Positions 25,998 to 39,577 of a DNA stretch of 64,000 nt are shown piece after piece. The stretch lies in NCBI RefSeq assembly GCF_036321535.1, contig NC_087472.1, positions 93,188,001 to 93,252,000 of the forward strand, given 5' to 3'. The notes below the pieces were generated by a model. It was not told the origin of the DNA. It ran no database searches and saw only the letters and a list, made by a program, of their open reading frames with translations. Positions within the stretch are counted from its first letter, which is position 1; the number at the start of each line of letters is the position of its first letter. Source of the DNA: Camelus dromedarius. Taxonomy: Eukaryota. The translations under genes were made by a program, and so were the position numbers.

Positions 25998-27644
25998 CCC
26001 ACCCAATATTAATAAAGGCCATGTAGAATATGCCATATTTTGTATATGTGATAGTGCTTGGGATGCCCATAAGACAACATTTAATTTTGCCTTGGATGTA
26101 ATTGTAGTGAATGAGAAGTTGATATTGCACTTGATGCTTGAAGGATTTGGCAGATATCAGGAAGTTGGGAGGTTGTAATTGATGAAGGAATTACAGAATG
26201 ACGGGCCCAAATAAGCAAGGTTTACTAGGTATGAAAGTATACAAAATGTAAGGTGCTTAGCAACTATTTTTGTTCCTAAGATGCTTAGGAACAAAAATAA
26301 ACGGTGTCCTGGTGTTGACACTGGAATGGTCCTGGGGTTGATGTCTACCTTTGATTTGTGTTTTAGAAAAACATTGGGTAAAAACTTTAACAAATAGTAA
26401 AATTTTCTACTAAAATAAGAAATTACTGTGTGTTTGAGATGTTTCAATGGAACTTTTCTATTTTTAGATTTTATTGTTTGCTTCAGTTGATGGTCTTATG
26501 ATAGTCCTTTAATCTTTTGATAGTTCTTATCTACTAAGAGTTAAGATGACTATATCTATGTTTTCAAATTAAGTGCAGTTAAGGGTTTTGCAGTCTGTAG
26601 CATATTGTAAAATGGAATATTTTCTCAAAAAGACAAGGCATAGAAGTATTTAAAATTCTCTTTTATCTCTACTTAAATTATTTGAGGAATCAGGTTCATA
26701 GTAGACAGATCTGGGGGCCGCTTTAAGAAAAGATTTTCATCCCCAGCAGAGAATCAGTGAAGATCCATTTATTCTTACCACATATGGTAATATATAAGCC
26801 CCTCATTTACTAATACTTTCCTTTTATGTTATGATTGGATGACAATTAATTTGACCAGTCTGTATTTCTTTCAAAAACTTACCTCTCAGAAACTGTCAGA
26901 GCATAGGGCTTAATCTAGCATTTTAAAAGTCAACAGAGTATAAAACTGAGGATTTAAATTTTTTATTATTTTAAAACTAGACAAGGGTTTGGAAGGTTGG
27001 GAGCCTAAGTGTGTCTCTTTTAATCTGAGGATCCATATATTCCTGGAAACAATATGTCCTGGATTCCTTTGAGGTCACAGTTGGAGATTTTCAAATATTT
27101 GAGACTTACAATGAGGTAGAAGGCACATCAAGGTTAGTATATTGACAGAGTCTACATCATCCAGGGATCAGAGCACAATACCTCATGGGCTTTCTGATAC
27201 TTAGGGCTGACTAAGAAATGACCAGTGAAGCTGAGATTTAGAGTTGACAAGGATGATAGCTTGGAGGCAAACTATATTGACTGAATGTCACCAGACCCTA
27301 CCTTTCTCGTGTTGCTTGGAGAAGCCAGGTAAACATACAGGATACGTCAGGGTTTCAAACTGCAGATACAGTTTATAGAGAAGTAATCATCCAAAGCCAG
27401 ATTTTTCATAAAGTGAACATAGGAAACACCATTGCCAATATTGTATTCATGTCTTCTAAAATGCTAATACATGTACAATGCTTCAAAAATGAACAAATTG
27501 GATCTTGGCATCCAATGAGTCCATGAATAATTTAATATAAAGTTATAGCATTCAAAACTGGTTTCATAAAACAGTGGCTTGGGATATTTTTTTTTCTGAT
27601 GTACTTGAGAGTTGCAAAAATAATCTCTTTACCTCTAGCTAGTT

Positions 27645-28020
27645 CCTTGAAACACAGACATTCTCTTACATGACCACAGTACAATTCTTCAAATCAGGAA
27701 ATTAACTCCAATAGCAGCTAATTCACAGATCTGATTCAAACTTGGCCAATTGTCCCAATAATATTTTTTCATAAAAAAAAAAGTATCTCCCTGGTCCATT
27801 ATCCCAAGGTCACATGCACTAAACTGTCGTATTTCTTTAGTCTTCTTTAATCTGGAACAGTTTCTTAGATTTCTTTGTCTTTCATGGATGTGATGTTTTG
27901 GAAGAGTACTGGGTAGTCATTTTGTAGTATGTCCCTCACTTTATGTTAGTCTGGTGTTTCTTTATGATTAGTTTCAGGTATGCATTTTTGTCAGGAATAT
28001 TACTGAAGTGATTTTGTATG
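27645..28020 (-). mobile_element. L1MC4/5-like 3' UTR fragment
   Basis: ctttagtcttctttaatctggaacagtttc...ttggaagagtactgggtagtcattttgtagtatgtccctc. Confidence 0.7.
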
Positions 28021-28534
28021 ATATACCTTTAGAAGAAGCAATTACTAGATAGACTGTCATTTGAGGTTTTCAGGAAATGTTGCCAAATAACGGCCCCTTC
28101 TTGTTTTTGAAAAAGTTAAACAAGGATAAATAATACTGTGAAAAAAATGCATCTCTGCAACTTACTCACCTCTTAATTCTCTACATAGTTGGATATTTTT
28201 CCTTTAAATACAAGAGGTCCGCACCCCCAACCCCCCGTGGCTATATTTAACAGCACAGAATTTTCTATCTAAAAGGGTACTATACTCACACATTGAGACA
28301 GTTTAGGTCTACATAACCCAACACGATGCTCAAGTGAGTGGATGTTCTTAAAATTCCCAATGTGTATCATATTCCTAAGAAAGTAATTCAATACAAATGA
28401 AACAGAGAATAAAGTTTGAAGAATTGGAAGGATTTATATTCCTACACTGTGATCAAGGATAAGATGATCACAGCATTTCCCTGCACAAGTCATTTTAAGT
28501 ACCTCTTTTACTTCGTAAAAGCAATAGGATGCCA

Positions 28535-28915
28535 GAATTAAACATACTAGCTTTGGAGACAGATTGCCCGGGTGGAATCCCCTGTCTATGATACCCTAAT
28601 TGAAAGACTATGGATCTCACTAATCTCAGTTTGCCCATCTGGAAAGAGGACCATAATAGTACTGAATGAATGCAGTTAGAAAACATTAAATGGAACAATG
28701 TAAGCAAATTCCTTATCATGGTTCCTGCCTTACTGCCATCACATGCAGCTATGGTCTAGTTCTGAATGAATTAGTTAAGATCCAGGCTTCTCCTCTTCTG
28801 TGATCTTGGGCAAGTACTTTAATATCTCTAAAATCTGAAACTCTTATTTTGAAATGGAGATGATAGTACCTACTTTGTAGAGTTCTTATAAAGATTAGTA
28901 ATTGCATAACATATT
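28535..28915 (+). mobile_element. Two adjacent MIR SINE fragments
   Basis: gctttggagacagattgcccgggtggaatccc...ctcagtttgcccatctg; tgtgatcttgggcaagtactttaatatctct...gatagtacctac. Confidence 0.75.
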
Positions 28916-30440
28916 GTTGCTATCTTTCTTATTAATATCTTTATTAACATTGTTAATATATTACTGTCTTTAAAAAAAGTCTTTCTACATGCTCAGTAGA
29001 AAATGCAGTGCTTTTATAACAATTTATAAATTTTAAAATTTTAAAATTAGAGAAAATTCTGGGACATAAACCTCTAGGGAATATTTGCTTTTCTTCCAAA
29101 ATACATTGCTGAAAAAATTTCTTCAATAAACACGAGTATCTTATAGATAACCTCAGGTTTGTTTCATTGTTTGGATTATGCATGGATGTAGGAATTTATA
29201 TTTTATTATTAATTACAGACATACATATTGACATTGAAAGGTATATAATTTAATGTTTAAATGTGGTAGAATAGGAATCATTATTACCTTAGCAAAATAT
29301 CAAAGTTGTGTGTGTGTGCGTGCATGCATATGCATTTGTTATGTTGACTTGAAGTCTGCCAGTAGTGCATCTCACCAGGATTTTACCAGGCTTCGTTAAT
29401 ATTCCAGAGCAGTGGCTACTTAACTCATCTTATTAAACTGGACACTGGAATGTTCACTGCCATTGTCAACTGACAGAGACACTGTTCACCTATCACATCC
29501 AGAGGATTGGTGCAATACATTGCTTTTTTACTATCCCATAGAAAAATCCAGTCCGTGCAAGCCTCTCTCTCCTCTGTCTCCCACAGTTTGTTCAAGTCTT
29601 ACCTTTGCCTGCACATCCAGGCCAAGCCCCACTATGCAGAAGAATCACTAGATCCTAGGGTTCTTTAGCATTTTTTGTAACATGGGCCCTTTGGTCAGCC
29701 TGGGTTTCATTTAATATTCATTTATCTCATTCTTTTCAATGCAGGAATAATTCTTATGATATCTACAGAAGTGGAACTCATTACTTTAGAAGACAGGTTA
29801 TTCCATCTTCTGGGCAGCTCAAATTGTTGGGAAAAGTTTTCCTTACACAGAAGATAGGTTGATTACTGTGTCATGAATTAGATTTTTAACTTGGGCAACC
29901 CATTTTTCAGTGTGTTTTTTAGAAAACTAGGAATATTTTCCTTATCTAATTCAAAGGGTAGTTTCAATAATAAAATGATAAAATAATAAAATATATCTCA
30001 AATTTATAAAATATTGAGCATTATAGGCTTTAAAATATTTAGAATAATTCCTGATTACTTTTTCCTTAGTTATTGCCCATTTCCTCTTTTTGTTTGTTCT
30101 TTTTGCTTTTATCAAATGTTTTATATAATTTATATAATTTGATCCACCTGAAAGTCCTCCGAGATAGGCAGGTCAGGAATGATACCCCTGAGAACAGGTA
30201 AGGAAATTGACCCATGGGATGCTGAGTGACTTATCAGGGCTCCCGTAACTGTTACTATCGTAACAAAATTCTTCCTCCTGCCTCCTGGGCCACTATTCTG
30301 AGCACATCACTCTATTGTTTGGTGTGACTTCAAACCTTATAGCCTGCCAAGTCAATTCCATGAGTCAGTTAGGATATGTATTTCAGTGTTGAGAACAGTC
30401 ACTTCTCTAGCTAGAAACTGACTTGGCCATGCCTAACTTG

Positions 30441-30454
30441 AGTTTCACTTTCTC
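30441..30454. promoter_or_regulatory. Candidate ISRE/IRF element AGTTTCACTTTCTC
   Basis: Matches the AGTTTCNNTTTC consensus; TGAGTCA lies at 30361-30367. Motif only. Confidence 0.3.
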
Positions 30455-33266
30455 CCAGGAGACTGCTGTGGACTTTTTTGTAGTTCTGTAAGATCAGCAA
30501 AGCACCAGGAAACAGGATAACAATTCTAAGATGTGTTAAAATTTTAAAGAGAACAATTAAGAAAATAGACATGGCTGGAATTTACAGACATATATAGTTT
30601 AAAAACTGCACAGTTCCTTAATTCGTCTCCAAAGGATCATTTGAAATTCTTTTGTTTGTTTTTGTTTTACCTCCTCTATATTTCTGTTTGCTTTAGCAGC
30701 TGCTAAAATATAGTTGAACAATTTATCCTGTCTGGTTTAAGGTATATAATAATATCGTTTATCTGCCATCTGTTGCCTAGAATTGAAACAGGTTTTCCTC
30801 ATCTCCCTTTAGACTTACCTACCAATGTAGAGATTTTAAGGTAAATACTCTTTTTAAAATGTTTAATGGAACTTCCGGGGAAGAATTCATTTGGACCCAC
30901 CAAAACTCCTATTGAGTTGTGAGATCTTTGTTTTATTCAATAATTCATGAACTTTTGTAAAACACCTGATTACTGATACTGATATAAAACCCTAGAATTC
31001 CAGTTTTATCAGACTTGATGATTATAAAAGCCATATTTTGCACCATTTCTGAATACCATTGACAGTATTACCAATGAGTTGTCAGATAGTTTGACAATTT
31101 TCAGTGATGGAAAACTTGCTGAAATCTAGACTTCTAATAATGTTCAAGCATTGAGAATCTCCTAGTCCTAATTCCTTATTACATATCTGAGAAAAATAAT
31201 GGTCTGAGAGGAAAAAGAGGGACAGTGACCAGAATTCAGGTTTGAGTTATTAATTCACCCTGTTGTGTTGTTTTGTTTTGTTTTTCAGGAGTTATGTTAT
31301 TAAAAGTAGCCTCTTAATAACCCTAAAGAATATTTTTAGTTCTGAAATCTACTTTTTCTGATGTCAATATAGCTGCTATGGTCTTCTTTTGATTAGTGTT
31401 AGTGTGGTGTATCTTTTCTCATCCTTTTACTTTTAACCTATCTCTGTCTTTATATTCTAAGTGGGTTTCTTGGTTTGGCCTATGTTTTGGTCTCCTTTTT
31501 ATATTATTCCATCTGACAATTTCTACCTTTTATCAGGGTATTTAGACCACTTAAATTTAATGTGATTATTGGTATGGTTGAGTTTAAATTTACTGTCTGG
31601 CTATTTCTATCTAATAAATACATCAATTACTTGTTTCCTTTTTTATCTCTTATTCTGCTTTTTTTTTTTCTTTTTTTGCAATGAGTATTTTTTATGATTT
31701 AATTTTATTTCCTTTTTGGCTAATTAGATATAATTCTTCTTTTTAAGTGGTTGCTTTAGAGTTTATGACACTTGTTTAATTCATCATAGTCCTTAAGTTA
31801 ACATATTATTTCCACTGTGGCAAAAGAAACTTAGAACCATTTCCCCCATCTCAGCCTTTGTGCTATGTCCATCGTGCATTTTACTTCTGTAAATGCTGTA
31901 AACCACACACTGCATGATTATTATTTTGGCTTTAAACTGACAATTATATTTCAAAGAGAGTTAAAAACAAATTGAAAAATCTTTGTATTCACCATTTCTG
32001 CTGCTCTTCATTCCTTTGTGAAAATGCAGATTTTCATCTAATATGATTTTCATCCTACTGAAGAATTCTTTTATTTACTTTTTGTAATGCAAGTCTTGGT
32101 GAGGAATTATTTCAGCTTGTATAAGTATGAAAAAATCTTTATTTCATTTTTGTTTTTTATTTTCCCTGGATATATGATTCAAGGTTTATAGTTTTCTTTT
32201 CTTTCTTTTTCTTCTTCTTTTTTTTAAAGATGCTGCTCCAGTGTCTTCTCACTGGCATTGACTCAAATGTGAAGTTTATTGTAATTCTTATCTTTGTTCC
32301 CCTGTATATAATGTGTCTTTTTGTCTCTGGCTCCTTTTCAGATTTTTCTCTTTATTACTGGTTTTAAACATTTTGAATGCAACGTGCCATGGTGTATTTT
32401 TCTTCATGTTTCTTGTGCTTGTGAGTTGTTGAGCTTGGTAGATCTTGGGTTTATAGTTTCCATCAAATTTAGAAAATTTTGGTCATTGTTTCTTCAAATC
32501 TTTTTCTGTTCATGCCACCCCTCCTCACTTTTAAGGCCTCCACTTACTTATATATTAGACAATTTGATAGTGTTCCACAGCTCACTGATACTCTGTTCAT
32601 TTTTTTTTTTCAGTCTTCTTCTCGGTTTTATTTTGAATAGTTCCTATTGGTATGTCTTCAAGTTCACTACTATTTTTTTTTCCTGCACTGGCTAATATCA
32701 TGTTAATATTATGCAATGTATTTTTTTTTGTCTCAGACATTGTATTTTTAATTTCTATGGGTTGGTCTCTGCTTAATGTGCTCAATCTTTCTTTTTCCTT
32801 CTTGAACATATGGAATATAGTCATGATAACTGTTTTAAAGTCCTTATTTACTAATTCTAACATGTATGTAATTTCTGGATCCATTCATATGTATTGGATT
32901 CTCACATTATGGTAATATTTTCCTGCTTCTTTTTAAGCCTAGTCATTTTTTCAAACTGAATGACAGAAATGCCAAATACTACCTTGTTAGGCCCTGGATA
33001 TTCTTGAACTTTCTTCTGAATTGCAGTTAATTTACTTTGAAACACTTTGGTCCTTTAAAGGCTTGCTTTTAAGCTTTGCTGGATTAGACTAGAACTGCCT
33101 TTAATCTAGGGTTAAATTTTCTCCATTACTGTAGTAATGTCATTCAGAGCCCACTCCCCTATACCCTGGGACTTACAAGGTTTCCCATTTTGTCTGGTGG
33201 GATTATGAACTTTTGATGGCCCTGTGAGAGATAGGGTGATTATTCTAATTCTTTTGGGTGGTACTT

Positions 33267-34038
33267 TGAAAATCTATGAAGAATTGGAGCTTTTGCTCTT
33301 CTTGCAAGCTAACAGTTTAACTGCCACAGTATCATGAATGCTAACAGAAGACACAAGATCCTGGACAGAGTTCACCAGTTCCCTGAGTCCCAGTTCTCAC
33401 AGGATAATATGAAGAGGATCAGGTGACTCCTGTACATGCAGTAGGTTACATTATAGGAGGAAAACCCTAAGTTTAGTGAATCTAGATCTTTTTTACTACA
33501 CAATAAGCAAGCTTTTCCTTTGCTTCCAAGGGAGACATAACTATTTTCTAAGACAGTTCAGTATAAAAACATCCTTGAAAAGATATACTAGCACAAAGGC
33601 AGTTAGTGAATCTGCTTGTAAGACATGGAAAAACAAAAGAGACTATTATGGACAGAATTATGTCCCCCTAAAATTAATCTGTTGAGGGCCTAATCCCCCA
33701 TGTGACTTTATTTAGAGATAGAGCTTTTAAAGAAGTAATAAAGACTAAATGAGGTCATAAAGGTAGAGCTCTAATTCACTATGATGCATTACCTTACAAG
33801 AGGAGGAAGAGACACCAAGGATACACACTCACAGAGAAGACCATGGGAGGACAAAGCAAGAAGGTGGCCATCTACATGTCAAGAGAGAGGCCTCAGGAGA
33901 AACCAACACTGCTAGCACCTTGATCTTGGGCTTCCACCTGCCAGAACTGTGAGGGAATAAAGTCACCCAATCTGTGGTTTTCATTATGGAAGCCCTGGGG
34001 GACTAATACTGAGACCCATGGAGAATTGTCTCTGAACA
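33267..34038 (-). mobile_element. ERVL-type solo LTR (MER76-like), split by MLT1
   Basis: tgcaagctaacagtttaactgccacagtatcatgaatgctaacagaagacac...; ends ccatggagaattgtctctgaaca. Confidence 0.6.
33644..34010 (+). mobile_element. MaLR solo LTR (MLT1A/B-like) with 5-bp TSD
   Basis: tattatggacagaattatgtcccc...gactaatact; TSD gagac at 33639-33643 and 34011-34015. Confidence 0.9.
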
Positions 34039-35547
34039 GTTCTTTCTCTGACATCAGGTAGTTCCCTCACATATATGCACTGACTTATAATTACAAGACA
34101 ACTTGAGGACCCTTTGCGGATCTCTGGAGTTCTCTCTTTGTGCAACTCTTTTCTCCCTGGTATACTGCCCTGAAAACCCCAGCTGCCTTGGGATGCCCAG
34201 ATTCTAGCTCCACCTCCTAAACTCAGGGTGACCTCCTGGTTCTACCTAGGCTCTCCATCATTGTGCTAAGGCCTAGAAACTCTCTCTACACAGTAAGCAG
34301 ATGTAGTCATAGGCTCACCCCATTGGATTTCCTGATCTTGGGATCATGGTTCTGTGCCACCTGATGTATAGTGTCTAAACCATTTTTTCATACATATTTT
34401 CTGTTGCTTTTAGTTGTGTCATACAGGAAAGTAAATCCACTCATGGACAGAAGAAGTTTCTTACCGTAAAAAATAAATGTTTACTTTTAACCTAGGAAAG
34501 AGATAGAAAGAATCAAAGGAAAGAATCAAAGCTGAATTGATAGTTGGGAAGTTAATAGATGCATTATAATTTTGATGTAACAACTTCTCAGACTTATGAA
34601 TGCATATCAGATTTCCTGAGCCTTTATAGTCTCATTTTCTCATTTAGAGTAAAGTGAATAAAATAACTAAGCCTTCCAAATAGAATATTGGCATAGTTAC
34701 AGGAAATGTTATAAGGGAGATTTGAACTCTTCAAAAGGAAGTTTATATACAAATAAGAGGTTTCTGCATTATTAACAAGTCCTGGGAAATTCAAACTATA
34801 TTATACAATTTCGTGAAATATAAAAAAAAAAATCACAGTAAATATGACACCCTTCTACTACTGTGGTTGTTGCAGTAAAACTCCAGGGCACTGTTTATTT
34901 TCTTTATTTTTAATTGTTTAGCAGTTAAAGAAACTCCATTTTCAATCTTTGTATCTCTACTTTGAACCAGGAAGATTTGAGCTTTGTGTGTCTCTTTTAT
35001 TAAAAGGAAAAGAAAATAAGGCAGAAATGCTTGTGTTACTTAGAACATATATTTGAAATTAAACCCAGGTAAAAATTGAGTTTTATTACCTAGACTATTT
35101 TCCTTTATGATTTCAAAATGGATGGCAACATAGAATTAAATATTTCATTTGATCCAGCCTACTTAATAAAACATTGGGAAATTGTTACCAGTAGTGCTGA
35201 AAGACTTGAAAAATAGTGAAGGATGAGGGAGGGGAAAAGGCTGAAAGGCATGAGAGTCAGGTACCTTTGCCTTGGGGAGAGCAAGTACTTATTAAATACT
35301 TAAAAAAAAAAAAAGTCACTGCTCTGCATCAAAGGAAAGACGTCATCCAGGAGAGTAAACTGTGAAACTGGTTTTAAATGCTTTTCAAAATGTGTAGCTA
35401 GAAAAAATTACGTAGAAGTCTTTTAGTAAAACAGCATCTCTTCCCATACACTTACACTGGCAAAAAGAAAAAAAAATGCTAAGGAAGAAACTGATTTTTA
35501 AGGGGCCTAAGTTGCTTCTGAAATACAACTTTCTATTTTTACCTTTT

Positions 35548-37385
35548 ACGTCTTTATTTTTTAGAGAAATTTTAGGTTTACAATAAAATTGAGAAAAATG
35601 TAGACATTTCCCTATACCCCCTGACCATAAACGTGCATAACCTCCCACATAATCAATATCACTCATCAGAACGGTACATTTTTTACCAAGGAGGAACATA
35701 AATTGATACACCGTCATCACTCAAAGTCCATAGTTTATCTTAGTGTTTGCTCTTGGTGTTGTATATTCAGTGAGTTTGGATGAATGTATAATGACATATA
35801 TCCATCACTTAATATAGTACAGAGTATTTTCACCACCCTAAAAATCCTCTGTTCTCTGCCTTTTCATCTCCTCCCCACTCCCTGGCAAACACTGATCTTT
35901 TTACTGTCTCCAAGGTTTTGCCTTTTCCAGAATGTCATATAGTTGCAATCACACAGTATGTAGTCTTCTCAGATTGGCTTCTTTCACCTGGAAATACGAA
36001 TATAACATTCCTCCATGTCTTTTCATGACTGGACAGCTTATTTCTTTGTAAAGCTGAAAATATTCTATTATCTGGGTGTGTCACAGTTTGTTTATACATT
36101 CACCTACTGAAGGACATCTTGGCTGCTTTCAAGTTTTGGCAATTATAAATAAAGTTGCTATTAATATCTATGTGCAGGTTGTTGTGTGAATACACGTTCT
36201 CAGCTCGTTTGGGTAAATACCAGGGTGTGCAATTGCTAGGTCATATGGTAAGAGAATGTTTAACTTTGTAAGAAACTTGCCACACTATATTCCAAAGTAG
36301 CTGAAACATTCTGCATTCCCATCAGCAGCGTACGAGAGTTCCTGATGATCCACGTGCTTGGTAGCATTTGGAATTGTCCCTGTCTCAAATTTTGGCCATG
36401 CCAATAGGTACATAGTGATATCTCATTGTTTTATGTTGCATTGCCTTCATGACATAGGTTGTGATGCATCCTTTCATATGCTTATTTTCCATCTGTTTAT
36501 CTTCTTCGGTGAGGTGTCTGTTAAGATCTTTGGCTCGCTTTTAACTTGGGTTGTTTTCTTACTGAGTTTTAAAAGTTCTTTGTATATTTTGGATAATGAT
36601 CCTTTGTCAGATGTGTCTTTTGCAAATATTTTCTCCCAATCCATGGCTTGTTTTCCTGTTCCCTTGGCATTGTCTTTCACAGGACCCATGGATTTCATGG
36701 ATTATGTCTTTGGTGTTATCTAAAAAGGTATCACTAGACTTAAGGTCATCTAGGTTTTCTCCTATATTATCCTTTAGGAGTTTAATAGTTTTGCATGTTA
36801 GATTTAAGTCTTTGATCCATTTTCCAGTTAATTATTGTGAAGTATCTATCTAGGTTTTTTTTTTTTCACTTGAGCATATCCAGTTGTTTCAAAAACTTGT
36901 TGAAGAGACTATCTTTGCTCCATTGTATTGCCTCTGCTCCTTTGTCATATACTTATGTGGGTCTACTTCTGGGCTCTCTGTTCTGCTCCATTGATCTGTT
37001 TCTCCATTCTTTGCAGCAGTACCATATTGTCTTGGTTACTGTAGTTTTATAGTATGTCTTAAAGTCAGGTAGCATCAGTCTTCCAACTTTATTTTTCTCC
37101 TTCAATATTGTGTTCTTTGTGGGGTGTCCTTGCCTCTCCATATAAACTTTAGAATCAGCTTGTCAATATCAATAAAATAAATTGCTGGAATTTTGATTGG
37201 CATTGCACTGAATCTATAGATCAAATTGGGAAGAACTGATATCTTGACAATTGTGAGTCCTCCTATCGATGAACATGGACTATTTCTCCCTTTATTCTTT
37301 GATTTTGTTCATCAGAGTTTTGTAGTTTTCCTCATATAGATACTATAAATATCTTTAATATTTATACCTAAGTATTTCATTTTTA
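35548..37385 (-). mobile_element. L1MC-like 3' portion
   Basis: Minus-strand ORFs 36474 (DWEKIFAKDTSDKGSLSKIYKELLKL) and 36953 ([30 protein letters not shown]) are L1 ORF2 remnants. Confidence 0.92.
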
Positions 37386-37397
37386 GGAGTAGTAATA

Positions 37398-37552
37398 ATA
37401 ATCCAGGATAACCTCACTATTTTAGACTCAGCTGATTAACAACCTAAATTCTATTCACAACCTTAACTTCCCTTTGCCATGTAACATAGCATGTTGAAAG
37501 CTTCTGGGGATTGAGACATGGACATCTTTGGGGGGCATTAATCTGCCTACTC
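37398..37552 (-). mobile_element. MLT1 (D/E-like) LTR fragment
   Basis: ataatccaggataacctc...ccctttgccatgtaacata...ggggattgagacatggacatctttggggggcatta. Confidence 0.75.
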
Positions 37553-37849
37553 TGGCACAGTACCTAACACATGAAAGACTTGCAAACAATAGTTATAGCA
37601 TGAATGCATGAAGGAATGAATCAATAAGCATTAAGTGGAAGGTGTGGTAATGTTGGAGAGATCTGGGATGATGTCTAGGAAAAAGATCTATTTACTAGCC
37701 TCAAGTAAAAGCAAATAAACAAAACCTTGAATAAACTTAACAGAAACAGTGCTTAAGGTAAAAGCTCAAGGCTGTCTTTGGGGTCCACAGGACCCAGTTT
37801 CTAAGAGGAAAAGTATCTAAAGGTGGATGGAAGACATACAGCATAGGAC

Positions 37850-38033
37850 AGAGAATCTCAAAATTTAGCATGACTCAGAATCATCTGAAGGACTTGTTAA
37901 CATGATTTCTGGCCCAGTTCTGGTACTATCTAGGTAGGTAGGTCTGAAATAAGGTACAAGAATTTGTACTTCCAACAAGCCCCAAGGTGATGCTGATGCA
38001 GTCAGTCTTAGGACCACACTCTGAAAACAACTG
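37850..38033. mobile_element. MER5A-like hAT-Charlie MITE
   Basis: cagaatcatctgaaggacttgttaa...caagccccaaggtgatgctgatgcag...ggaccacactctgaaaacaactg. Confidence 0.8.
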
Positions 38034-38039
38034 GTGTAA

Positions 38040-38225
38040 TAGAAGGGCACATTTTTTTGAAGGCCAGCCTTTGAGTTCAAATACCCGTCCAGTCATCTAT
38101 TATTTGTGAGACTTCTGGCAAGTTATTTAGTTTATTTTAACTTGCATTTCTTTGGCTATAAAATGAGAATAAATACTTGATAGAGTTACTTTAAAAAAGA
38201 TCATGGATGTGAATATTTACTACTT
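38040..38225 (+). mobile_element. MIR SINE
   Basis: gagttcaaatacc...tatttgtgagacttctggcaagttattt...ctataaaatgagaataa. Confidence 0.65.
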
Positions 38226-39149
38226 CATTGAAACGTATGTAAATTTCCTGCTCTCTAAAAGATACTCAATGAATACCCCCCCTTTCCCCTTGAAATGAAA
38301 TTACTACTGTTTTCAACAATGAGTGGAAGCAAGAACAGTGGAATAGAGTAGTGTTTAGCATGTCTTCAGAAGTAGAAGCGCAAAGCTCCCAGATTGTGCA
38401 TTAGGAGGTATGGAAGAATGGTCACTCTCACTTATATGAGGCGGGAGGAAGGGAAAGTTGCTAAGAGTTAAGGTCCTTGTATTAAGACTGGGTAGCAACT
38501 TGAACCTTAGCTGCAGCTTAAGATCTTGACTGGCTTTAGGCTAATGGTACCAATTACAATAATTAGTGCTCTCTTCTGCTTATAAATGATCTTCAAACTT
38601 ATTAACAGTGGGCCCTTTTAAAATTATATATGGCTTGAGATGGGTGAGAAATGTTGATTTTAGAATTTTTTTTTAAGGGAAACGCTGTATATTTCTGTTG
38701 AGAATTCTCTGGAAAAAACATCTCCCTTTATGAAGTTTTCCCTTTTTTTGGATCAGATAAATGTGATTTACTTTTATTTTGTAAATATAATATTTCAAAG
38801 GTTATATGAAAGTCCTGAAATAACCCAAATCCTCATTATTCTGTCATATATTTCAAAATGTTGCAATTTGTATTGGTATAGTTTCTTCCAGTTGACAATC
38901 ATCAGTGATTCAGTTTGCAAGTATTATTGCTCAGTGAAATAATATTAGTAGTTATGCCCTAAAAGTGTAGGTCCTGTCTCATTTTACACTGAAGTTATTC
39001 TAAAAACGTAGTCTCTTTTGTTCTAGTAAATTGAAATATGCTTGTGAAGCATCAAGCAATATATTTTACAGAATTCAAACTTGGCAACCTTTATTATACC
39101 AATTCCATGGCCCAATAAACAGTGAAACTATTTCTAGAAAATTTCTTTC

Positions 39150-39577
39150 TGCTTCTAGTAGACCTTTTTTGGCGCCATACCAAGATCCTCTTTACCTGGC
39201 TATTTCTCCCATCCTTCAGATGATGAATTTTGGCTGCTGACATTCATAGCTGGCCTCTCTTCAGAGAATTGGCCTCATCTTGCCTTGAAGATAACTGCAC
39301 CTCCCCCCCCATGCCACCATGGCCAATGATGTACTGGTATGGGCTTACGAAAGGCAGTACCTACTCGGTGCAGTTCTAGGTGCAGTTCATGCTCCAGAAC
39401 TCCTTGTAGGGTTTGGCCCAATCTAAACTGTAGGTTAGACCACATTCTTGCTTGACTGTTTTCCACCTGCTATATGTGGTTCCTTCACTTCCTTTCTCCT
39501 GAGAGCAGTCCCTCAATAAACCACTTGTTCAAGAATCCCCATCTCCATCTCTGCCTTTAGGGAAACCAACTCAACAT
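39150..39577 (+). mobile_element. ERVL solo LTR (LTR16-like)
   Basis: ccaagatcctctttacc...catgctccagaactcc...cctgagagcagtccctcaataaaccacttg...aagaatccccatctc. Confidence 0.75.

Larger units (their letters stand above)
31320..34460 (-). mobile_element. Old L1M 5'/ORF1-to-ORF2 region, interrupted by nested LTRs
   Basis: Minus-strand ORF 32597..32884 (MDPEITYMLELVNKDFKTVIMTIFHMFK...IEIKNTMSE) resembles L1M ORF1; the element resumes after 34038. Confidence 0.8.

Noticed and set aside
27030..27132. Possible plus-strand exon ending at aag|gttagt
   Set aside because: Weak acceptor and no recognisable protein; cannot be supported without homology or RNA data.
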